64,000 bases of DNA from Octopus sinensis. Its lineage: Eukaryota. Each line of letters starts with the position of its first letter. Within the stretch, counting starts at the first letter, position 1. The stretch lies in NCBI RefSeq assembly GCF_006345805.1, contig NW_021833118.1:19155-83154 (forward strand), written 5' to 3'. The notes beneath the pieces are model-generated. The model had not been told where the DNA came from. It was given only the letters and a program-made list of their open reading frames with translations, and did no database searches. Shown piece by piece: positions 39,552-52,162 of this stretch. The translations under genes and the position numbers were made by a program.

Positions 39552-40198
39552 CATACATATATGAATAAGTACATGCATATGTGTGTATGTCTCAGACAAA
39601 TGAAATTTTATGTATTTCAATTAAACGTCTAACATATAAAGTCTATCATACAGAGACAGAAGACAGGCAAACAGGCAGATATACAGACAGATATGTACAT
39701 ACCTACCCGCCCACATACATACATGCAGGCATACATACATACATACATGCATACATGCATACATACATGCATACATACATACATACATACATACATGCAT
39801 ACATGCATACATACATACATACATACATACATACATACATACATACATACATACATACATGCATACATACATACATACATACATGCATGCATACATACAT
39901 ACACACATACATACATACATACATACATACGCGAGCAAAAAAAACAATGGCATCAAAGATCAACAGGACATCGGTACAACTTAGGGAACATTTATTATGC
40001 GAGCGACATTTCGTCTGTCTTAACATTTTGAGTCCAAATACTGCTTATGTTGACTTTGCCTTCCATCCTTTCGGAGTCGTTAAATTAAGTACCATTTGAA
40101 CACTGAGGTCTTCCCCAAAATTGCTGGCCTTGTTTCAAAATTCGAAATAATAATAATAATGATAATAATAATAATAATAATAATAATTATTATTATTA

Positions 40199-40273
<75 letters not shown>

Positions 40274-40471
40274 TAATAATAATAATAATAATGATGATAA
40301 TAATAATATTGATAATAATCATAATAATAATAATAAGAAGAAGAAGAAGAAGAATGATAATAATAATAATATAATAATAATAATTAATAATAATAAATAA
40401 TAATAATGATAATAATAATAATAATAATAATAAGAAGAAGAAGAAGAGGAAGACGAAGAAGAATGATAAAA

Positions 40472-40514
<43 letters not shown>

Positions 40515-40523
40515 TTAATAATG

Positions 40524-40554
<31 letters not shown>

Positions 40555-40780
40555 TAATAATAATAATAATGATAATAATAATATAATAATAATAATAAGA
40601 AGAAGAAGAAGAAGAAGAAGAAGAGAATGATAAAAATAATAATAATAATAATAATGATAATAATAATAATAATAATGATGATAATAATAATAATAATATT
40701 AATGATAATAATAATGATAATAATAATATAATCTAATAATAATAATAATAATAATAATAATGATAATAATAATAATAATG

Positions 40781-40811
<31 letters not shown>

Positions 40812-40901
40812 TAATAATAATAATAATAATAATAATGATAATAATAATAATAATAATAATAATGATATTAATAATAATAATAATAATAATGATAATAATG
40901 A

Positions 40902-40938
<37 letters not shown>

Positions 40939-41010
40939 GATAATAATAATAATAATATAATAATAATATGATAATAATAAAATAATAATAATATAATAAT
41001 AATAATAATG

Positions 41011-41064
<54 letters not shown>

Positions 41065-41077
41065 TATAATAATAATA

Positions 41078-41119
<42 letters not shown>

Positions 41120-41120
<1 letters not shown>

Positions 41121-41403
41121 CCTGGCTTACCATCCCTGCAAGAAGTGCACCCTGGCTTACCATCCCTGCAAGAAGTGCAAAAGATTGTCTTAACTGGTAC
41201 ATCACACGTATTGAGAAGAGCATTGTCGATGTGAGAACTGTTGCTGCTCATGTATTTTAATTTAACTTAAATAAAAAAAAAAATTAACGAACTACTGTGT
41301 TTGGTTTAATGGCCTACCAATGTATTCTATGAGTTTCTTTGCCCTAGGAGTCGGGAAGACACTCGGCAAGAAATCGAAGCAAATTTGAAAGAAGAAAAAA
41401 AAA
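41120..41403 (+). mobile_element. Very short 3' end of an R4/Dong-like LINE with ~30 bp 5' tandem duplication
   Basis: PGLPSLQEVQKIVLTGTSHVLRRALSM*, homologous to PGLTNTYNIQKIALLGTAHILRRTLSIQ*. ACCCTGGCTTACCATCCCTGCAAGAAGTGC occurs twice. Confidence 0.75.
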
Positions 41404-41584
41404 GTAATAATAATAATAATAATAATAATGATAATAATAAAATAATAATAATAATAATAATAATATAATAATAATAATAATGAATAATATTAATAATATA
41501 TAATAATAATAATAATATAATAATAATAATAATAATAATAATATAATAATAATGATAATAATGATAATAATAATAATAATAATG

Positions 41585-41615
<31 letters not shown>

Positions 41616-41660
41616 TAATAATATTAATAATATAATAATAATAATAATGATAATAATAAT

Positions 41661-41697
<37 letters not shown>

Positions 41698-41780
41698 TAA
41701 TAATAACAACAATGGCAATAATAATAATAATAATAATGATAATAATAATAATAATAAGAAGAAGAAGAAGAACAATAATG

Positions 41781-41825
<45 letters not shown>

Positions 41826-41884
41826 TAATATTAATAATAATAATAATAAAATAATAATAATAATAATAATAATGATAATAATAA

Positions 41885-41931
<47 letters not shown>

Positions 41932-42042
41932 TAATAATAACAATAATAATACTAATCATAATAATAATAATAATGATAATAATAATAATAATAATAATGA
42001 TAATAATAATAAATAATAATAATAATATTAATAATAATAATG

Positions 42043-42073
<31 letters not shown>

Positions 42074-42125
42074 TAATATAATAATAATAATAATGATAAT
42101 AATAAAATAATAATAATAATAAGAA

Positions 42126-42157
<32 letters not shown>

Positions 42158-42172
42158 CTAATAATAATAATG

Positions 42173-42205
<33 letters not shown>

Positions 42206-42230
42206 TATAATAATAATAATAATAATAAAT

Positions 42231-42960
42231 AAAGCCTCCCCACCAGAAATTACCAAAAACATGTAATGAAAGAAATATTACAAGTAACTGCAGAATATGT
42301 GGAGATGGACAAGAAACAATAAATCATATTATCTCTAGCTGCCCAGTCCTGGCTAAGAAGGAATATATTCACAGACATGACAGAGTTGGAACCTACATAC
42401 ATTGGAAGCTATGCCAACATTATGGAATAACAACAGAAAAAAGATGGTATAGGCACACACCAGAAAAGGTCACAGAAAACGAGAAAGCAACCATACTCTG
42501 GGATATGCCGATACACACAGATAGAGAAATTAAGGCCAACAGACCAGATATAGTTGTCAGAGATCATGAAGAAAAAAATGCTTTTTAATTGATGTATCAA
42601 TACCGGCAGATGTCAACGTGTCTCTAAAAGAAATGGAGAAACTCTCAAAATACAAAGACCTGGAAATAGAGGTAACTAGAATGTGGAATCTGAAAACAGA
42701 AACAATTCCTATCATAGTAGGTGCATTAGGCATGATAAAAAAATATTCAGACAAATACATAACAAAAACACCAGGACTTACAAACACATATAACATACAG
42801 AAAATTGCACTACTAGGCACTGCCCACATCCTACGCAGAACACTTTCCATACAATAACCATCAGAGCATCACAACAAATCACAGCACATACCCAAGGCAC
42901 ACAGAGCTGCGCTCGGTAGTGAAGTGAAAGCACGCTATAAAATAAAAATAAAACTACTGA
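42231..42960 (+). mobile_element. 5'-truncated R4/Dong-like LINE (CCHC + restriction-like endonuclease)
   Basis: CRICGDGQETINHIISSC, RHD, RPDIV..IDVSIP..EKLSKYKDL; flanked by (AAT)n. Confidence 0.9.
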
Positions 42961-43112
42961 ATAATAATAATAATAATAAATAATAATATAATATAATAAT
43001 AAGATATAATAATATAATAAATAATAATAATAATATAATAATATAAAATAATAATATAATATAATAATAATATGATAATAATAATAATAATGATAATATA
43101 ATAATAATAATG

Positions 43113-43193
<81 letters not shown>

Positions 43194-43382
43194 GTAATAA
43201 TAATGATAATAATTTATAATAATAATAATAATTATTATTATTATTATTATTATAATACTACTACTACTACTACTAATAATAATATAATAAATGATTAATA
43301 ATAATAATAATAATAATAATAAAAATAATAATAATAATAATATAATAATAATTATCATAATAATTATAATAAAAATAATATG

Positions 43383-43415
<33 letters not shown>

Positions 43416-43453
43416 AAATTATTATTATTAACATTATTATTATATTATTATTA

Positions 43454-43792
43454 CTGAGTGAGCGAGCGGAGCATGCCATCAAAGTGACACTGGGGTAAAA
43501 TATACGAAGCCCAGTATACCCATCATGACTACTCGTCTGATATGGGTACACCAGGCACATGCATCACAACCATATGTGCGCGACATGGTGATCTCATATC
43601 AACATAAACAGCACATGACCTTGCAGGTGGAGCCCAGTTAGAATTTTCTTCAGATCGAGTAACCCATCCCGCTCAAAAGGTCCCTGAATAAGGGTTGTTT
43701 AAGGACGTTGAACAAAACACCCATGTTTCCAGAGGTGAATTATTCAAACCCCAAAGAATCCTTCTCAACACATGGCTATGATGCTCCCCCAT
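43454..43792 (-). mobile_element. Mirror copy of the (AAT)n-inserted non-coding repeat at 1612-1951
   Basis: Reverse complement of 1612-1951. Confidence 0.8.
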
Positions 43793-43829
43793 TATTATTA
43801 TTATTATTATTATAATAATAATAATAATA

Positions 43830-43866
<37 letters not shown>

Positions 43867-44859
43867 TATTATTATCATCATCATCATGATGATAATGATA
43901 ATGATGATGATGATGATGATGATGATATGATGGTGATGATGATGATTAAATTTCAATTATATATAACATTTGATCTCTTGTTTCCTTTATTCAAAATTCG
44001 GACAGATCTTATCGGATGGCCTGATATTTGATATTACCCAAATACGTAAACATACCTTTTATTGCAACAACACAATTGAATTCAGAAGTTCAAAAATTCA
44101 ACGACATGAGTATAAGTATATATATGTGTATGTGTGTGTGTGTGTGCGTGTGTGCCTGTGTGTGTGTATGTGTATATATATTATTGTTTTTTCTGCCAGT
44201 AATTACAAATAGAACTGGTTGAATTGCTTCTTTCAAGGCAACGCTCTCAATGGTAACTGGTAGTACTAAACACATTTGATCTCTGCTGACCAAAGGATGC
44301 AAAGATTCTTTTGTCCCTATGGCTGACCTCCCCACCATCTGCAGAATCTATTTATAGACCTGTAGAATATGATCTATTCATCAAGCTGCTACTCAACTAT
44401 TTCCTCCAACAACTACATTTTTATGATTATCTCAAGTACAAGACAAAAGTTGAAAATAAAGAACATTTAATGAAATCTTTTGATAATAAGTGGAATTAGT
44501 AATAAAGTTAATAACAGTGGTAGTGGTGGTGACGGTGACAATGATAAAAATAATAAAATAATAATATTCTGCAGCTGCTAATACTACAACTACTACTATT
44601 ATGATCGCCCAACTGAGGCCCAACTACCACCCTTACCACTATGCTACTGATGCTGTTGCTGCAGCCACTACACATGAAAGCGATAATGTCATTGATATCA
44701 GTGATGATGATGATGATGATAATAATAATAATAAATAATAATAATAATATATAATATAATAATATAATAATAATAAATAATAATAATAATAATATAATAA
44801 TAATAAAATAATAATAATAATAATAATAATATAATAATAATAATAGTAATAATAATAAA

Positions 44860-45321
44860 AGATGGGCTGCAGCAAATATTCTGCTCAATACCACAGATTT
44901 GCTTGTCAGTTGTTTGACCTTAACCAGTTGAGCATGTCCCTTAGTGGCTGACGATATGTGCATCTCTGATCACGAGCAGAAGTAGTGGGGGAGCATCATA
45001 GCCATGTGTTGAGAGGGATTCTTTGGGGTTTGAATAATTCACCTCTGGAAACACGGGCGGTTCTTTCAACATCCTTAAACAATCCTTATTCAGGGACCTT
45101 TTGAGCGGGATGGGCTACTCAACCTGAAGAAAATTCTAACTGGGCCCCACCTGGAAGGACATGTGCTGTTTATCTTGATATGAGATCACCATGTCGCGCA
45201 CATATGGTTGTGATGCATGTGCCTGGTGTACCTTTATCAGACGGGTAGTCATGATGGGTATATTGGGCTTCGTATATTTTACCCCAGAGTCACTTTGATG
45301 GCATGAACTGCTCTCTCACTC

Positions 45322-45322
<1 letters not shown>
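44860..45322 (+). mobile_element. Apparently full-length (~460 bp) non-coding repeat inserted in (AAT)n, right arm only
   Basis: Starts AAGATGGGCTGCAGCAAATATTCTGCTCAATA, as does the copy ending ~56012 (minus). Ends CTCTCTCACTC(AAT)n. The left-arm site (~650-700) is plain (ATT)n. Confidence 0.8.
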
Positions 45323-45352
<30 letters not shown>

Positions 45353-45363
45353 TAATAATAATA

Positions 45364-48300
45364 ATGAAAGGAAACAGGTGGAACCTCCCATGGACTGATG
45401 GTGTCACAATAAAAACACTGGTAAATGCGCAACCTGATAATCACTACCTCATGAGTGACAATAAATAATATTGTGAATAACGGTAGTAATTAAACAAAAG
45501 CAAATGATGGTGATAGTGTTCCACCCGGCAGGCTCAGAGATTGTGGTCCGGCTCCAGCCTGTCGATATCCAGAAGGGACTACCACATATGGCGTAGATGG
45601 AGCAAGCAAATTAATGCTGTGGTCATGGAGCGTTACTACCTGAGCAGCCTGGTAGAAGAAAATGGTGCTCAAATTAGGGGTTACCGACAACATATGTATG
45701 ATCATTGGAGAGAAAAGGGATTGTTTCAACTCACGGAACAGACACTATGTGATCAAGCTAGAACAATAAAAAAAAATTGTCGGCTCACAGAAGTAGAGCT
45801 CGAAACTATCAAAAGACGGGTCTTGGAAAATAGCAGCAGAGATAACGATGAAAATACAGCTCTTACTATTAGAAGTAATTTCATATCACAGGAAAGGAGC
45901 AGTGGTAGTCTACTTGATGAGAGACATATAGATGATCTAAAAGAAGACAGTAAAACAAATGGCGACATGACAGATGAACAAAAAGCAATCTACAACAGAA
46001 TAAAGGCAACACTACAGGAGAACGATAACATTATTTGCAAATTAAAAAAGGTTGATCGGTGGAAGTTGAACCAAGAAACGAAAAATATCAATGAAATTCT
46101 GAAATACATCAGAATAAACAACATCACAGAAACAAATAATTTGATCAAGGCAGCAAGTATTGTTGTAGTAGAAAACGTGGGTGTTGATGTCAAGAAAAAG
46201 AAACATAATGGGAGTGATAAAAGAAAAGATCCATGGTGGTAAAGATGAATACAGGCTGGGTTAGACATGATCTCGAAGGAAATCTCTGTGTTAGACCGAA
46301 AAGAGAAAGGGGAGCTTAAAAGCGAACAAAAATACAGGGCTCTGAACAGGAAGTATAATATTGAAAGAAAGGGCTTGAAAGTGGTGATGGAGGAACTGAA
46401 GCAGCGCCTCGTTGCAAAGAAAACAAAAATGGTAAGATCCGACCAAATAATGAAGGGTTACCACCAGAATAGGTTATTCAGAGTAGATCAGAAGAGTTTC
46501 TGTAAAGAAATAAATGGAGAGTGTACAGATGAAAAGTTGATACCACATAACAATGAAAGTCAAAGGCTTTGGAATGACATCTGGAGCAAAGACAAGGAGC
46601 ACAAGAAGGATGCAGAATGGTTGCAAGAACTGAAACAAACAGTAGTCTGTCGAAAACAGGCAGAACTAGTCATTTCAGTTAGGGAAGTGAAGGAAATCAG
46701 CAAGAAAAAATGAGCAACTGGAAAGCACCGGGACCAGATGGAATTCAAGGCTACTGGATCAAGAGATTTGGTGAATGTCATGCACGAATAGCTGCGCAAC
46801 TCGACACCTTGTTAAATGCCGACCAAGTAACACCAGAGTGGTTGACATTGGGCAAGACAGTGCTGTGCCTGAAAAACATCGAAAAAGGCAACAAGGTTGA
46901 CAATTACAGGCCAATATCCTGTTTGCCACTTATGTGGAAATTATTGACTGGAATTCTTGCAGAGTCAATGTACGAATATCTGGAAGAAAATGGAGTCCTG
47001 CTACATGAGCAGAAGGATTGCAAGCGTAAGTGCAGATGTACCAAGGATCAGCTCCTGATAGACAAACCTGTACTTAGAGACTGCAAGAAGAGGAAAAGTA
47101 ACTTAGACCTGTCACGGATCGACTATCGCAAGGCGTACGATATGATCCCACATTCTTGGATTATGGAATGTATGAACCTATTTGGTATTGCATCGAATGT
47201 TGAGCGATTGCTTGGAAAAAGTGTGGCCAAATGGAGGACGGACCTGACAGCATACGGAAGAGGTTTAGGGACAGTAGAAATAAAAAAGGGGCATCTGCCT
47301 GTCCCCACTGATATTTATACTGTGCTTGATATCACTGACACTGATTCCGAGGAAAGCAAGAGCTGAATATGTATTCAAAAGCCGCCAACAAAAAGTCAAC
47401 CATTTGCTATTCGTGGATGACCTCAAACTTTATGGTAAAGATGAAGCCCAAGTTAGTTCCCTCGTCGATGCGGTGTATACCTTCAGTATTGATATCAGAA
47501 TGGAGTTCGGACTGAGAAAGTGTGATGTGTTAGCCTTGAAGAGAGGCGCAATCAAATGTATGGACGGGCTAACGAAACTATAGGAAGAGGTTATGAAAGA
47601 GATAGAAGAGACAGGCTATAAGTACTTGGGAATTTTGGAAATGGATAAATTGATGGAGAAAGAAATAACAGAAAAATTTAAGGTGGAATGCTTACGCAGA
47701 CTGAGACTGATCCTTAAGTCAAAATTAAACGGACGGAATAAGATTTGAAGCTATCAAAACCTGGGCGGTTTCACACCTTAGATATGGAGCAGGGATAATC
47801 GCATGGACAGCAGACGAACTAAACAGCTTCGACAGAAAGACAAGGAAGTTGCTAAATAGATATGGGACACTCGACCCAAAAAGTGACACAGACAGACTGT
47901 ATGTACGAAGAAAAAGGGGGAGAAGAGGACTTATTGGATGCATTAGCGCAGAAGAAAACAACATAGCATGGTATGTAAAAAAAACCCCCACAGAACCGAT
48001 ATTATAAGTAAGAAGGTCAGGCTTGTGTAGGATGAAAGATTGCGAAGATAAAGCACTGTACAAGAAATTGAAAACGAATGAAACTGAAAAAGAAAGAATG
48101 CATGGTCAATTTCATAAGGATGTTGAAGATAGGACAGACAAAGAAAAAAGAAGGCTGTGGATGATAAAAAGTGATTTAGAAACGGAGGCGCTAATCTGTG
48201 CTGCCCAAATGCAAGTACTAAGAACAAACTACATAAAATACAGAATAGACAACACATCAGATAGTGATAAATGCAGAATCTGTGGACAAAATGGTAAAAC

Positions 48301-48766
48301 TGTATGGCATATTACCAACCAATGTACGCCACTAGCCCTGAAGGAATATAAGAAACGCCACGACAATATAGCCAGGCTTCTCCATTGGACGCTTTGTAAA
48401 AAGTATGGACTTTACAGAGAAAAAATTTGGTACGACCACAAACTCGAAGGCATCGTCGAAAATAAAAATGTAAAGATCCTATAGGATTTTATGATTCAGT
48501 GCGACCATAAGATAAAGAATAAGAAGTCAGACATAGTCTTAATTTAGAAAGTAAACAAACTATGCTGGATCATAGACATAGCATGTCTAGCTGACAAGAA
48601 GGTATGCGATAAGGAAGAAAGAAAAGATGAGAGGTATGACAGGTTAACATGGGAATTTAAGCAGTTGTGGTCGATGAAAAAGGTAGCAGTAGTACCAATA
48701 ATTGTCGGAGCCCTGGGAACATTGAGCAAGCATCTCGAGAAGTAAGTGGAACAAATAGGGGATGCA
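45364..48766 (+). mobile_element. Near full-length decayed R4/Dong-clade non-LTR retrotransposon (RT + CCHC + restriction-like endonuclease)
   Basis: NWKAPGPDGIQGYWIK, NYRPISCLP, IDYRKAYDMIPH, HLLFVDDLKLY, CRICGQNGKTVWHITNQC, RHD, VPIIVGALG. Many stops and frameshifts; 5' flank is (AAT)n. Confidence 0.9.
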
Positions 48767-49064
48767 CCTAGAAAGTTACCCTCCGAGGCACAAGTCCGGG
48801 TACGGTTGTTTGTGGAAGACCAGCAGTCTCCCATGCATACCAGCCTCCCCTCTCCACACCACCAATGTTATCCAAGCGAAAGGCAAAGGCGGATACAGCT
48901 TGGCACCAGAGATGTTGCAACTCATTTCTACAGATGAGTGAACTGGAGCAACGTGAAATAAAGTGTCTTGCTCAAGAGCACGACACGCAACCTGGTCCGG
49001 GAATCAAAGTCACCACCTCACGATCGTAAGCTCGACGCTCTAACCACTAAGCCATGCGCCTTCA
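48767..49064 (-). mobile_element. tRNA-derived SINE truncating the LINE 3' end
   Basis: Minus strand GAAGGCGCATGGCTTAGTGGTTAGAGCGTCGAGCTTACGATCGTGAGG; same family as 56812. Confidence 0.85.
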
Positions 49065-49147
49065 CAAATATATAAACATACATACATACATACATACATA
49101 CATTACATACATACATACATACATACATGTATATATATTATATATAT

Positions 49148-49232
<85 letters not shown>

Positions 49233-49330
49233 TCATATATATACATATATATATATGCATTTGTAAAGAAAGAGAGAGAGGGAGAGAAAGAGACATACAC
49301 ACATATAAATATGTATATACATATAATATA

Positions 49331-49422
<92 letters not shown>

Positions 49423-50404
49423 CAAATAAACAAATATGAATGCTCACCTCTTGTTTTTTTTTTTTTCACAAACCCTTCTACTGCAAACTCCGTATTAAGG
49501 TGCACCAATTATTCATAAACAGCATTTCACGTTAAAGATCGCTTTGAAAAGTGACTCGCATTCAGGAAACATGCGCTATTTATATGTGTCACACGCCTTA
49601 AATTTTCCTTTATTTAGTTACTTGACTTGTTTTCCGCTTGGTGTTACTTTTCTTTCATTGTATGTTTATACGCAATGCAGATACATACACAAGTTATTGA
49701 AATATATAAGAATTAAACTTCTCATATATTTTAACAATTTGTTTCCTCCGTTTTAAAATAAATCTATGAGCTTTATGGGACTTCTTTCCATAAATTCACC
49801 AAACATTATATACAAGTATTACTTTCATATGTTTGCAAATTTACGCCTGTTAATTAATAGCAAAGTAGGAAAAATCAACTTTAGAAATCTTTATATATAT
49901 AGTTGTAAAATGGTTGAACGTAGATTCGTCCTTTAATTTAGAGTATTTCAAAAAAGATTTCTAAATTTGATTTTTGATTTTGATTTTGATCTATATATAT
50001 ATCGTAAATATGAGGGTGATAAAATAATTTATTACCGGTGGTTAGCATGCATAAATAAAAGTCATAAGACATAACATATTTTTTAAAATATGTGTATAAA
50101 ATATTTTAATACACAGAGAGGAGACCTTTGACAGGACTGCTTACATGATATAAAGGGCAGTTTAAACCCAAACCTCGAAAAACAACGAATTAATAAGGCA
50201 CGCTGTTATAACACTAGAACGAACAAAAAAATTAATTAGTTAATACCAGGCTCGAGTTCATATGTATGTATGTATGGATGCATGCATGCATGCATGGATG
50301 CATACATGCATGTATATATGTATGCATATATATTATATATATATATTATATATACATAAATATATATATATATATAACCGTATATATATACGTATAAATA
50401 TATA

Positions 50405-50690
50405 TGGAGGCGCAATGGCAGAGGACTCGCGGTCGGAGGATCGTGGTTTCGACTCCCAGACAGGGCGTTGTGTGTGTTTATTGAGCGAAAACACCTAAAG
50501 TTCCACGAGGCTCTGGCAGGGGGTGGTGGCGAACCCCTGTTGTAATCTTTCGTCCCAACTTTCTTTCACTCTCTCTTCCTGTTTCTTGAGTAACGCTGCG
50601 ATGCACTGGCATCCCGTCCAGCCGGAGGGAACACATACGCCACAGAAACTGGGAAACCTGTCCCATGAGCCTGGCTAGTCTTAAGAATGA
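50405..50690 (+). mobile_element. tRNA-derived SINE
   Basis: GGAGGCGCAATGGC..GGACTCGCGG..GTTTCGACTCCCAGAC, as at 10151 but with a deletion in the head. Confidence 0.8.
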
Positions 50691-51042
50691 ACTAACCGAT
50701 TTTCTTACGCACCAAATTTGACAGTCGCTAGCTCTGTTGTTTTATCTAAACAATTCTTTGATTTACAACATTGATGAGTTACATCATCGTTTTTCGAAAT
50801 GCAATTCATCTAAGTAAGGAAAAAGTGAAAAAAAGGACAAAAAAAAAGGACAAATAGCGTGCGTGATTGTGCATGTGTGCCTCTGTGTGTCGAGTTTGTG
50901 GCATTGTTGTTTTTTGTCCTTTATTTTCCTATAACAACGCTGAGAATAACGCTTTCGTTAACAATGTGTGTGTGTGTTTTTTATATTTATATATATATAC
51001 GTATATATATACGTATATATATATATATATATTATATATATA

Positions 51043-51082
<40 letters not shown>

Positions 51083-51180
51083 AGATATATACGTATATAT
51101 GTACGTATATACGTATATATATATACGTATATATATATATATATAGAGGCGCAATATATATATATATATTATATATATTA

Positions 51181-51231
<51 letters not shown>

Positions 51232-51234
51232 ATC

Positions 51235-51534
51235 ACGTGATCACGTGACCGACCAGACCATCAGATGTTGTTACACATCACTGGTCACAATGCGCTTCGT
51301 ATTGTTTTAGCCTTCGAATGACGCCACCCCGCTGGCTAAGCGAGAAGGCCAACAGAAGAAAGAGTGGGAGAAAGAGTGGTGAAAGAGTACAGCAGGGATC
51401 ACCACCCCCTGCCGGAGCGTCGTGGAGCTTTTAGGTGTTTTCGCTCAATAAACACTCACAACGCCCGGTCTGGGAATCGAAATCGCGATCCTGCTACCGC
51501 GAGTCTCCTGCCCTAAACACTGGGCCATTGCGCC

Positions 51535-51537
<3 letters not shown>
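51235..51537 (-). mobile_element. tRNA-derived SINE
   Basis: Minus strand GAAGGCGCAATGGCCCAGTGTTTAGGGCAGGAGACTCGCGG..TTTCGATTCCCAGACCGGGCG. Confidence 0.8.
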
Positions 51538-51570
<33 letters not shown>

Positions 51571-51579
51571 ACACACACA

Positions 51580-51624
<45 letters not shown>

Positions 51625-51628
51625 TATA

Positions 51629-51771
51629 CTGTGGTGTCTGGGGGAGAGTCATTCTCTTTTAGCGCCTTATTATTTAACACACTCACCGGTAAAATTTCCG
51701 TGGTAATTTTACCGGTGATTGTGTTAAATAATAAGGCGCTAAACGAGAATGACTCTCCCCAGACACAACAG
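51629..51771. repeat. ~140 bp hairpin element (fold-back MITE-like)
   Basis: TGTCTGGGGGAGAGTCATTCTC..CACCGGTAAAATT is inverted relative to AATTTTACCGGTG..GAGAATGACTCTCCCCAGACA. Confidence 0.85.
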
Positions 51772-52018
51772 AATATGCTTCAACACACGAACCCATATAA
51801 AGAATCTTGCAAACCAAATCCAAAAACGAAATACATATATATAGTTTATCCAAACATGAACAAAGAGAAAACACAGTAACGCGAGGGCGTGGAACAAGTA
51901 TAGTGTTATTGGACGTTCAGGAAGGAAAGAAAGGATATTTAATGTTTCGAGCGGATCTCTTCGTGAAGTATGCACATTTATAAATACATTATATATATAC
52001 ATATATATATATATATAC

Positions 52019-52080
<62 letters not shown>

Positions 52081-52162
52081 ATATATATATAATATGTATG
52101 TGTGTGTGTATGTGTGTATATAAGTATAATATAGTATATATATATTATATATATATATATAT

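Larger units (their letters stand above)
40146..43453. repeat. ~3.3 kb degenerate (AAT)n field interrupted by two LINE 3' fragments
   Basis: Directly visible. The left-arm counterpart (1952-2212) is only ~260 bp. Confidence 0.95.
21554..46479. repeat. Right arm of giant inverted segmental duplication
   Basis: Reverse complement of 1-18929 with arm-specific insertions (33625-35388, 38865-39259, ~40300-43400, 44860-45322). Confidence 0.96.
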
